Of a stretch of DNA of 54,865 nt, positions 1 through 8,232 are shown piece after piece. The notes under the pieces were generated by a model. The model searched no databases. It had not been told where the DNA came from and was given only the letters and a program-made list of their open reading frames with translations. Position 1 is the stretch's first letter. The number at the start of each line of letters is the position of its first letter. This DNA is from Alphaproteobacteria bacterium (GTDB taxonomy: Bacteria > Pseudomonadota > Alphaproteobacteria > CAAHEQ01 > UBA3637): contig JAZSGT010000025.1 in NCBI GenBank assembly GCA_045532865.1, forward strand, positions 1-54,865. Reading direction: 5' to 3'. Position numbers and translations under genes: made by a program.

Positions 1-178
1 TTATTTTTTTTGTTTTTTTTCTAATTTTTTATTGATAAAAACAGCTGATTTTATGCTTTTATAAAAAAAATAAATATGAAAAATTAAACACTTAAAAATT
101 TAATAAAAAAAAACAATAAAAAGGTATTGACAAGTAATCAATATGTAGGGTTTATTAATACAAAATGTAGTTTGTTAA

Positions 179-214
179 ACACTATATGTTGTTTTAAAAG
201 ACTACATCTAGTGT
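179..214. promoter_or_regulatory. Two NrdR-box-like palindromes upstream of nrdD
   Basis: ACACTATATGTTGT (179-192) matches the NrdR-box consensus acaCwAtATaTwGt at 13/14 positions by hand alignment. ACTACATCTAGTGT (201-214; reverse complement ACACTAGATGTAGT) matches at 12/14. The box centres are about 20 bp apart. They lie 30-65 bp upstream of the nrdD ATG and downstream of a TTGACA hexamer at 127-132. Confidence 0.5.
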
Positions 215-243
215 TTAAATAATTAAAGAGGGGTTATGAAAAA

Positions 244-2304
244 ATGTTGGAAGTTGTTCAAAAAGAAGAGCGTGAAGGATTAGATTTAGGACCATTAAAA
301 GAAGTTGTAAAAAGAGATGGTGAAAAACACGCTTTTGATGCGGCTAAAATTGCGCTCGCAATTGGTAAAGCAGGTGAAGCAACAAATGAATTTGGTATGG
401 ATGAAGCTTGGCTTTTAACAAGACAAGTTATCAAAGTATTAAAACATAAATTTGCTTTTGGTGTTATTCCTGCTATTGAACAAATTCAAGATGTTGTTGA
501 ACAAGTTCTTATTTCTTCTAACTATTACAAAACAGCTCGCTCATATATTATTTATCGTGAACAAAGAGATAAAATTCGTAGAGATAAAAGAGCTGTTGTT
601 GATGCTATTTCATCCATTAATGAATACTTGGATAGATCAGACTGGCGTGTAAATGCCAATGCAAACCAAGGTTATTCTTTAGGTGGATTAATTTTAAATG
701 TCTCTGGTAAGGTTGTGGCAAACTATTGGTTAAATCACGTTTATACACCAGAGATTGGAGAAGCGCACAGAAATGGTGATTATCATATTCATGATTTAGA
801 TATGTTGGCAGGTTATTGTGCAGGCTGGTCTCTTAGAGTTTTGCTTGAAGAAGGTTTTAATGGCGTTCCAAACAAAACAGAGTCTAAGCCCCCTCGTCAT
901 CTCGTTTCTGCTTTCTCGCAGATGATTAACTTTTTGGGGACATTACAAAACGAATGGGCGGGGGCTCAAGCGTTTTCATCTGCAGATACGTATCTAGCAC
1001 CATTCGTGCGCATCGAAAAATTAACGTATGATGAAGTTAAACAAGCAATGCAATCATTCATTTTTAATTTGAATGTGCCATCACGTTGGGGAACTCAAAC
1101 ACCATTTACAAACTTGACGTTTGATTGGACATGTCCAAACGACTTGAAGGAAAGACATCCAATTATTGGTGGTGAAGTTCAAGAATTTACATATGGTGAA
1201 TTGCAAGAAGAAATGGATATGATCAACAGAGCATTCTTGGAAGTTATGGCAGCAGGTGATGCAAAAGGACGTCCATTTACTTTCCCAATTCCAACATACA
1301 ATATTACAAATGAATTTCCTTGGGAATCTCCAAACACAGAATATTTGTTTGAAATGACAGCAAAATATGGGTTGCCTTATTTCTCAAACTACGTCAACTC
1401 AGACATGAAACCAAGTGATGTTCGTTCAATGTGTTGTCGCCTTCGTTTAGACTTAACTGAACTTAAAAAACGTGGTGGTGGATTGTTTGGGTCAGCGGAA
1501 CAAACAGGGTCAATTGGTGTTGTCACAATTAACTGTGCAAGGTTGGGCTATCTCCACAAAGGAAGTGAAGAAAACTTGTTTAATCGTTTAGATGAATTGC
1601 TTGAACTTGCAAAAACATCACTTGAAATTAAGAGAAAAGTTATTGCAATGCATATGGACAGAGGTTTGTATCCATATACAAAACGTTATTTAGGTACATT
1701 TAGAAGCCACTTCTCAACAATTGGTGTAAATGGTATTAATGAAATGATTCGCAACTTCACAAGTGATAAGGAAAATATCACAACACCATGGGGTCGTGAA
1801 TTTGCTCAAAAATTCTTAACACACATTCGTGAAAAAATGCTCGATTATCAAGCTGAAACAGGTAATATGTACAACTTGGAAGCAACACCAGCTGAAGGAA
1901 CGACATATCGTTTTGCAAGAGAAGACCAAAAACGTTTCCCAGAAATTATTCAAGCTGGTACAAAAGAAGCTCCATACTATACAAACAGCTCACAATTACC
2001 AGTTGGATTCACAGATGATCCATTTACAGCATTAGATTATCAAGATGATTTACAAACCCAATATACAGGTGGTACAGTTTTACACTTGTACATGAGTGAA
2101 AGAATTTCTTCATCAAGCGCATGTAAAGCATTGGTTCGTCGTGTGTTAGAAAATTATAGATTGCCATACGTTTCTGTTACACCTGTCTATTCAATTTGTC
2201 CAAAACACGGATATATTAGTGGAGAACATAAATTCTGCCCATTGTGTGATAAAGAACTTATTGATCGTAAACGCAAAGAATTAGAAGAAAGTGGTCAACT
2301 GTAA
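244..2304 (+). CDS. nrdD: Anaerobic (class III) ribonucleoside-triphosphate reductase, large catalytic chain lacking the glycyl-radical C-terminus
   Basis: 686-aa ORF. It has an N-terminal ATP-cone-like segment (VVKRDGEKHAFDAAKI), an NrdD-type core and a C-terminal Zn-ribbon-like CPKH...CPLC. It is followed by the nrdG activase. The RVxGY glycyl-radical motif is absent from this ORF. Confidence 0.9.
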   Translation: MLEVVQKEEREGLDLGPLKEVVKRDGEKHAFDAAKIALAIGKAGEATNEFGMDEAWLLTRQVIKVLKHKFAFGVIPAIEQIQDVVEQVLISSNYYKTARSYIIYREQRDKIRRDKRAVVDAISSINEYLDRSDWRVNANANQGYSLGGLILNVSGKVVANYWLNHVYTPEIGEAHRNGDYHIHDLDMLAGYCAGWSLRVLLEEGFNGVPNKTESKPPRHLVSAFSQMINFLGTLQNEWAGAQAFSSADTYLAPFVRIEKLTYDEVKQAMQSFIFNLNVPSRWGTQTPFTNLTFDWTCPNDLKERHPIIGGEVQEFTYGELQEEMDMINRAFLEVMAAGDAKGRPFTFPIPTYNITNEFPWESPNTEYLFEMTAKYGLPYFSNYVNSDMKPSDVRSMCCRLRLDLTELKKRGGGLFGSAEQTGSIGVVTINCARLGYLHKGSEENLFNRLDELLELAKTSLEIKRKVIAMHMDRGLYPYTKRYLGTFRSHFSTIGVNGINEMIRNFTSDKENITTPWGREFAQKFLTHIREKMLDYQAETGNMYNLEATPAEGTTYRFAREDQKRFPEIIQAGTKEAPYYTNSSQLPVGFTDDPFTALDYQDDLQTQYTGGTVLHLYMSERISSSSACKALVRRVLENYRLPYVSVTPVYSICPKHGYISGEHKFCPLCDKELIDRKRKELEESGQL

Positions 2305-2314
2305 GGAGGTAAAA

Positions 2315-2500
2315 ATGACTGATTCAGAAATTTTAAATAAATATCAAAACGAACGCCAATCAGTTGAATGTTGGACACGTGTAATGGGTTATTTTAGACC
2401 TTTCAGCCACTTCAACACAGGTAAAAAATCTGAGTTCAAGGAAAGAGTTTGGTTTGTTGAATCAAATTGTGTTTCTTGTGAATTGAAAAAAGCAAGCTAA
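2315..2500 (+). CDS. Stand-alone NrdD C-terminal glycyl-radical peptide (61 aa)
   Basis: MTDSEILNKYQNERQSVECWTRVMGYFRPFSHFNTGKKSEFKERVWF... carries the class III RNR glycyl-radical signature (RVxGY..P...N.GK..E...R). The ATG at 2315 is preceded by TAAGGAGGT (2302-2310), which overlaps the nrdD stop codon. The reading frame differs from that of the large ORF. Confidence 0.7.
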   Translation: MTDSEILNKYQNERQSVECWTRVMGYFRPFSHFNTGKKSEFKERVWFVESNCVSCELKKAS

Positions 2501-2504
2501 ATCT

Positions 2505-2535
2505 AAAACAACCACGAAAAGTGGTTGTTTTTTTC
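2505..2535 (+). terminator. Intrinsic terminator-like hairpin between the radical-peptide ORF and nrdG
   Basis: AACAACCAC (2507-2515), loop GAAAA, GTGGTTGTT (2521-2529): a perfect 9-bp stem followed by a T-run through 2534. Confidence 0.6.
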
Positions 2536-2547
2536 TAAAGGTGACAA

Positions 2548-3234
2548 ATGAACGTTGCAGGATTGGTTCCATTTACAACCATTGATTTTCCAGATAAGTT
2601 GGCAGCTGTTGTTTTTTTTCAAGGCTGCCCACTTAGATGCCCTTTTTGTCATAATCCTGATTTACAATCTTTTGATGCTTCTGCTAAGATGGAGTGGCAA
2701 GAAGTTTTGACATTCTTAAACGAGCGTAAAAAGCGTTTAGATGGCGTTGTTTTAAGTGGGGGTGAGCCATTGATGCAGCCAGATATAGTTGAAGCTGCTA
2801 AACAAATAAAAGGAATGGGTTTTTCTGTTGCTGTCCATACTTCTGGTGTTTATCCAAATAAGGTTAAAGAGTTGTTGCCTTTTATTGACTGGGTCGGATT
2901 GGATGTGAAAGCGCCTCGAAAAAAATATGAATTATTAGCAGGTCGTAAAAATATAGAAAATCAAGTTTTTGAAACGCTTGGTGTTTTATCTCAATCAAAT
3001 ATTAACTTTGAAGTAAGAACAACGCTGGACCCAAATTATTTGAATATTGAAGATATTTATGCTTTGGCTGAAGAATTAAAAGGTTTTAATGTCAAAACAT
3101 ATGCTCTTCAAAAATACAGAACTTTTCCTGGGGATAAAAATCCTCCTTCAGTTTCAGAAATTGAAAAGTTTTTTCAAGATGTGCAATTAATCGATTTTTT
3201 AAAACAAAATTTTACTAAGCTGATTATGCGATAA
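2548..3234 (+). CDS. nrdG: Anaerobic ribonucleotide reductase activating protein (radical SAM)
   Basis: 228 aa with the CxxxCxxC radical-SAM motif in FFQGCPLRCPFCHNP. It sits immediately downstream of nrdD. Confidence 0.9.
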   Translation: MNVAGLVPFTTIDFPDKLAAVVFFQGCPLRCPFCHNPDLQSFDASAKMEWQEVLTFLNERKKRLDGVVLSGGEPLMQPDIVEAAKQIKGMGFSVAVHTSGVYPNKVKELLPFIDWVGLDVKAPRKKYELLAGRKNIENQVFETLGVLSQSNINFEVRTTLDPNYLNIEDIYALAEELKGFNVKTYALQKYRTFPGDKNPPSVSEIEKFFQDVQLIDFLKQNFTKLIMR

Positions 3235-3244
3235 TTTTTAAAAA

Positions 3245-3273
3245 TTGCTATTTTCAAAAAAACAGGATATAAT
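3245..3273 (+). promoter_or_regulatory. Sigma70-like promoter for the 3295 gene
   Basis: TTGCTA (3245-3250), a 17-nt spacer, then TATAAT (3268-3273), about 22 nt upstream of the ATG at 3295. Confidence 0.4.
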
Positions 3274-3294
3274 AAAAAAAATAGGAGATTTTTT

Positions 3295-4716
3295 ATGACT
3301 GATGAATTTGATGTAAGTAGCAAAATTCAAAAATTAAAACATCGCATAAGTTGGATAAAAAAGGGTTTAAGTATTGCTGAACGATTTGTTCAAAACAAAA
3401 GCTCTGAGCTTGAAAAAATTGATGAAGAAATTGAGCTTAATGCCAATCCAGAAATTGAACATGATGCGCGTAAGCTTTCATTGGATTCAGAGCAATCAAA
3501 GGAATTGTTACAAACCATAGAAAAAGAATTAGATGGTTTGACAGATTCACTGTTAAATTCTGATGAAGATGATGATGAAGACGGTGAAAATGATAAGATT
3601 AAGAACTTAAGGAGATATAGACGTTGGTTGAAACGAGGACTGAATTTTGTTGGCGTTTTTATTCAAGAAAAAAATTTGGAATTGAAAGATATTGAAAAAC
3701 AATTAGAACAGTTAGAAATTTCATTTTTAGATCCTAGTGAGCGTAAGTCAAAAGCAGTTATTCCTACTGAAATGTTAGTGCAAAATGGTTCACAAGAAAT
3801 GACCATTGGTATTGGTTATAGAGGTGCTGCAAGACGGGGTGCTTTAACAAAGAAAGAAAAAGATGAATTGGTTGAGGTTGCTGAAAAGAAAAAGAAAGAA
3901 GAAAGAGATGGTTCATCGGCACAGCCAGGACAATTGCAACCAGGAAAACCTCGTCCAGGAGACAAAATCCAACAACCTTGGAAACTGATGACTCCTGCAG
4001 AGAAAAAAGATTTTATTACAAAGAAATTAAAACAAAAAGATCCACGCCAACAAAAAGAAGCCATTGACTTATTGAAAAAACCAGAAAACAAACCTTTCCT
4101 CGAAGAGTTTATGAAGGATAAAGAATTTGAAAAAACATACAAAAATGCAGAAACAATGGTCGGTAAATATGATAAAATTCGAAACAGCATTCGTAAGAAT
4201 TTAAAAACACTGATGCGTTCATCTTCTGATGTGGTAAAGGCTCAAGTTGCGTTACTGCGTTCAGGAAAGGTTGGTTCAGCTGTTGCAGGATTAAAAGAAA
4301 TATCATCTTCTGTTAAATTTGATAATGAAGTTGGAATGGCTGCAAAAGGCGTTGTTAAAGGTGTTGAAGATCTTTACAAAATGTTTAATATTAAACCAGA
4401 TGAAGCTTTGAATAAAGAAATGTTAGAAGAGGCTCGTCCCGTCTTTACGCATCAGATGGCTGAAAAAGGAAGAAATGACCGTGAAATAGATTTAAAATCA
4501 CGTCAAAATAAGGTTTGGGGCGAATCAAGAGAATTAACGGATGAAGAACGGGCAGCCTTAAAACGAATCTCTCAATCAACAGGATCAGATAAGTTGCCAT
4601 CCGAATCAAAGAAAGAAGATATGAAACTGGTTAAAGACTTGTTGGTTGATACAGTTAAAAGTGCCAAAGCAAAATCTATTGTTCCTCCAATTGTGGTAAA
4701 AGGAATGGAAAAATAA
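3295..4716 (+). CDS. Hypothetical Lys/Glu-rich coiled-coil protein with an internal N-terminal duplication
   Basis: 473-aa ORF with SD-like AGGAG upstream. It is highly charged with low-complexity stretches. I recognise no family motif. Confidence 0.6.
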   Translation: MTDEFDVSSKIQKLKHRISWIKKGLSIAERFVQNKSSELEKIDEEIELNANPEIEHDARKLSLDSEQSKELLQTIEKELDGLTDSLLNSDEDDDEDGENDKIKNLRRYRRWLKRGLNFVGVFIQEKNLELKDIEKQLEQLEISFLDPSERKSKAVIPTEMLVQNGSQEMTIGIGYRGAARRGALTKKEKDELVEVAEKKKKEERDGSSAQPGQLQPGKPRPGDKIQQPWKLMTPAEKKDFITKKLKQKDPRQQKEAIDLLKKPENKPFLEEFMKDKEFEKTYKNAETMVGKYDKIRNSIRKNLKTLMRSSSDVVKAQVALLRSGKVGSAVAGLKEISSSVKFDNEVGMAAKGVVKGVEDLYKMFNIKPDEALNKEMLEEARPVFTHQMAEKGRNDREIDLKSRQNKVWGESRELTDEERAALKRISQSTGSDKLPSESKKEDMKLVKDLLVDTVKSAKAKSIVPPIVVKGMEK

Positions 4717-4723
4717 TTTTATT

Positions 4724-5377
4724 TTAAGCTTTTTTGTCTAAAATAGGTTTGTTTTCTAAATAACGTTTAATAGGGGCATAAGAACGTCTATGTAAAGAAG
4801 TTATACCATGTTTCTCAATTGCATTAATGTGTTCCTTTGTACCATATCCTGCGTTTTTATCCCATCCATATTGAGGGTAAGACTTTGCCATTTCTTTCAT
4901 TAACTTATCTCTGGTTACTTTTGCTATAATGGAGGCAGATGCAATCGATAGAGATAAGTGATCGCCTTTTACAACAGCCTTGGCAGGAATGGTTATATTT
5001 TTTGGTAATCTATTTCCGTCAATTAAAAGTGCTGAAGCTGTTATGTTGTAATTTTTTTGAGCCTGGTCAATAGCTCTTTGCATTGCTAAAAATGTAGCCT
5101 GTAAAATGTTTTTTTCATCAATTTCTGTTGAAGAAGAAAGCCCAATCCCAATAATGGCGTTTGATTGCATGATAAGGTCAAATAATTGCTCTCTTTTGGA
5201 TGCTGAAAGTTTTTTAGAATCATCAATTTGTTCTGCAAGTTCATTTGGAATTTCAAAATTTGGCCAGCAAACACAAGCAGCAACAACAGGACCGCACCAA
5301 GGACCTCGTCCAGCCTCGTCTATACCAAAAACAAGACCTTTTGAATTAAACTCTTTTTCCAGATTAAAATTTGGCAT
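4724..5377 (-). CDS. rnhB: Ribonuclease HII
   Basis: 217 aa with GIDEAGRGPWCGPVVAA and other RNase HII signatures. Confidence 0.9.
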   Translation of the reverse strand: MPNFNLEKEFNSKGLVFGIDEAGRGPWCGPVVAACVCWPNFEIPNELAEQIDDSKKLSASKREQLFDLIMQSNAIIGIGLSSSTEIDEKNILQATFLAMQRAIDQAQKNYNITASALLIDGNRLPKNITIPAKAVVKGDHLSLSIASASIIAKVTRDKLMKEMAKSYPQYGWDKNAGYGTKEHINAIEKHGITSLHRRSYAPIKRYLENKPILDKKA

Positions 5378-5459
5378 TTTTTCTCCTGTTAATAATTAAT
5401 CAATCTATTTTGTTGTTTATCAAAATAGTTTTTCTTTTTCAAGTTGGAATAAGGTATAC

Positions 5460-6713
5460 CTACTTCAATCTATCAATAATTTTTTCAAAAGAAATAACCT
5501 CTTTAATTGGACCTAATGCAGAAAGAGTTGGTTGTTTAGAAATAATCTCTTGAGCAACTCTTTCAAGATCTGTTTTTTGAACAGCATCAATTTGAGCAAT
5601 AACTTCTTCTTTTGGTATAATTCTGCCAAATAAAATTGTATCGATGGCATTCATTTCAGCATGAGATGAAATGTTTTCTAATCTCATTAAAATATTTGCA
5701 CGCAGTCTTGCTTTTGAACGCTCAATTTCTTCTTCTGTTATGGAGTGCGGCAGTTTAACAAGTTCATCACACAAAACAGGCATTAACTCTTTAACTTCTT
5801 TTTCTCCAGTTCCGGCATATACACCAAAAATACCGGTATCTGTTTCTGCTGCATTAAATGCATAAATGGAGTAAACAAGACCTCTTTTTTCTCTGATTTC
5901 TTGGAAGAGACGAGAGGACATTCCTCCACCTAAAATACTGGCAAGAATTTTTGTTGTGTAATAATCATCGCTTGTGTATGGAGCACTTTCAAAACCTAAA
6001 ACCAGATTAACTTGTTCGTGTGATTTTATGACGCGTTTTTCACCACCTTTGTATGTGGCTTTTTTTGCTTTTGGCATTTTATGGTCATTAAAGGAGGTGA
6101 ATTTTTGAATGCAGGCGTTTACAAAATCATCATGATTAACAGCTCCAGATGCACTGATAATAATTCGGCTTGTTGTATATTGGGAATGCATATATTCTAA
6201 GAGTTGTTCACTTGAAATTTGTTTAACAGTTTCAACTGTTCCTAAAATAGCTCTGCCTAAAGGTTGATTTGGATAAGCAACTTCATTGAAGTAATCAAAA
6301 ACAAGATCATCAGGTGTATCATTTTGCATATTAATTTCTTGAATGATGACCCCTTTTTCTTTTGCTAATTCTTCTTTATCCATTACAGAATTTTGTAAAA
6401 TGTCTGCAATGATGTCTAATCCTTTTTCTTGATGTTCTTTTAAAACGCGAACATAATAAGCCGTCATGTTTTTGCCAGTATAGGCATTGATAAATCCACC
6501 AACATCTTCGATTTCTTTTGAAATTTGATATGAAGAACGTGAGGTTGTTCCTTTAAATGCCATATGCTCTAACATATGAGAAATACCATTTATTTCTTTT
6601 GTTTCATATCGTGCACCTACGCTTACCCATACGCCAAGTGAAACGCTATCTGCATGGTCAAATGAATCGGTGATAATTCTGATTTTATTTGGTAATGTTG
6701 TTGTTTTAATCAT
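5460..6713 (-). CDS. M16-family zinc metallopeptidase (insulinase / processing-peptidase-like)
   Basis: 417 aa with the inverted zinc motif HxxEH in HMLEHMAFKGT near the N-terminus. Confidence 0.85.
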   Translation of the reverse strand: MIKTTTLPNKIRIITDSFDHADSVSLGVWVSVGARYETKEINGISHMLEHMAFKGTTSRSSYQISKEIEDVGGFINAYTGKNMTAYYVRVLKEHQEKGLDIIADILQNSVMDKEELAKEKGVIIQEINMQNDTPDDLVFDYFNEVAYPNQPLGRAILGTVETVKQISSEQLLEYMHSQYTTSRIIISASGAVNHDDFVNACIQKFTSFNDHKMPKAKKATYKGGEKRVIKSHEQVNLVLGFESAPYTSDDYYTTKILASILGGGMSSRLFQEIREKRGLVYSIYAFNAAETDTGIFGVYAGTGEKEVKELMPVLCDELVKLPHSITEEEIERSKARLRANILMRLENISSHAEMNAIDTILFGRIIPKEEVIAQIDAVQKTDLERVAQEIISKQPTLSALGPIKEVISFEKIIDRLK

Positions 6714-6725
6714 TGTTATCCTATA

Positions 6726-8081
6726 TTAAAAATAAAAATATTTTGACAAGTTATCTAAAAGAGATGATGGTTCTTCTTTTGTAATAGATTTATCCTGTAT
6801 AATAACGGGAGGTTCTGAATGTAATGCTGGAATATTGTTTTGTTGTTCAATAGCTTGTTTCTCAATAGATGGTGTGATTTTATTAATAGCTTCAATTTCG
6901 GCATTTGATAAAATAATGTCTTGAGGAACAATATACTCTGGTAAAGGTTGCTGTTCAATTAAAACAATAGGATGAACCATTTTTGGCATTTGTGGCGAAG
7001 CAATTTCTTGAGGTTGTACGATCTCTTCTTGCTTAATTGGTTCAATTGTTTTTAAAGGTGCAGAAGGTGATTCCTGTATGTAGTGTACAACCTCTTCTTC
7101 AATAGCAACCGGTTCTCCCTCTTTAATGATTTGTTTGCGTGTTGTAATGGTTTTTCTAATCCCTTGAGTAGGAGGTAAAATAACTTTATCTTGCTCAATA
7201 AGTCCCGTTGTTGATGCAACATTTTGAGTCGATACTGCGTGTTGAACATGAGGTGTGTGCCCTTGCATGTTAAGAGTTAAATTTTGGCAACCTTCTGATG
7301 TGTTCATACAATCTTGACTAGCAATTGTTGGCTTTTCAAGATTCAAAAAAGGTGTTGGTTTCATCCATACTGGATCAACTTTTGTATGAGCTGGTGTCTC
7401 TATTTTGCTTTGAACAAGTTTTGCAACCTCGGGCATTGGAAAAGATGGATGTGATGGAATATGAGGTTTTTTTTCAAAGGTTAACAACATATATCCGGTT
7501 TTGTTTTGGTTGACCGCATTGTTTGATGCATAATGAACACCGATATTGCCTGTGTCAAAATTAATGTAATCAACATATTGCGCCAAGCTTAATGAAGATG
7601 GAGTGGTATGTGTTAAATTGCACGAAAATTCAGGGGCAATGACTTGAACGGCATTTTGATTTAAAATGCCCAATCTTGAAAATGCTGTTTGACAAGTTGG
7701 GAAAATATTACCTGCTTTTATTTTATAATCAATGATTAAATCGACTCCAGCTGAATCGGTTAATTTTTTTGTATCAATTAAACGGGCAGAAAGAATATCT
7801 AAATTAACTTGAGCATTGTTTGTTATGGCAGGAATAGATATCCCTTTGCCAATACATGTTTTTGATGTTGGATCAGCTTCGCAAATTGTAATAGGAGTGT
7901 TTATATTATTTTCTAACAAATAATTGATATGTTCGAATAAATGTTCTTTTGTTACTGCTTGAAACGCTGGAAGACAAGCTTTGTTTTGACATATGATTGG
8001 AGATACATCCATAGCTAAACTTTGGCTAGATAAGCATGTTATACTGATAAGAGAAAAGCTTTTAATTAATAGTTTTTTCAT
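6726..8081 (-). CDS. Hypothetical secreted protein
   Basis: 451-aa ORF with an N-terminal signal-peptide-like segment (MKKLLIKSFSLISITCLSSQSLA) and a Pro/Gln/Ile/Glu-rich C-terminal half. It is adjacent to, and co-oriented with, the M16 peptidase gene. Confidence 0.6.
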   Translation of the reverse strand: MKKLLIKSFSLISITCLSSQSLAMDVSPIICQNKACLPAFQAVTKEHLFEHINYLLENNINTPITICEADPTSKTCIGKGISIPAITNNAQVNLDILSARLIDTKKLTDSAGVDLIIDYKIKAGNIFPTCQTAFSRLGILNQNAVQVIAPEFSCNLTHTTPSSLSLAQYVDYINFDTGNIGVHYASNNAVNQNKTGYMLLTFEKKPHIPSHPSFPMPEVAKLVQSKIETPAHTKVDPVWMKPTPFLNLEKPTIASQDCMNTSEGCQNLTLNMQGHTPHVQHAVSTQNVASTTGLIEQDKVILPPTQGIRKTITTRKQIIKEGEPVAIEEEVVHYIQESPSAPLKTIEPIKQEEIVQPQEIASPQMPKMVHPIVLIEQQPLPEYIVPQDIILSNAEIEAINKITPSIEKQAIEQQNNIPALHSEPPVIIQDKSITKEEPSSLLDNLSKYFYF

Positions 8082-8232
8082 AATATCTCCTTTCGTCCTC
8101 TCGTTTTTTTCATCTTATCTAAAAGAGAATTAAATTGCAAATGAAAAAGTGTTATGAAACAATGATTATCATTTGATATAAATTGACATTATTAAAAAAA
8201 ATATATATAGTGATAAAAAACTAGGGAACATA

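Noticed and set aside
2291-2314. Treating the nrdD split as a plain pseudogene, or as a GTG-2291-initiated overlapping ORF.
   Set aside because: The strong SD TAAGGAGGT is positioned for the ATG at 2315. Both parts are intact, and the spacing between the Zn ribbon and the radical Gly is longer than in fused enzymes. These points favour a genuine two-ORF arrangement. An assembly indel still cannot be excluded from sequence alone, so this is reported as a finding rather than a settled call.
3816-4306. Antisense ORFs 3816-4190 (-) and 4109-4306 (-) inside the 3295-4716 gene. Similar short overlapping ORFs occur throughout, for example 5086-5399, 14194-14552, 16226-16477, 28281-28658, 30150-30464, 34202-34552 and 42463-42855.
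   Set aside because: They are embedded in, or antisense to, much longer ORFs with clear homology or better coding character. They have low-complexity translations and no RBS.
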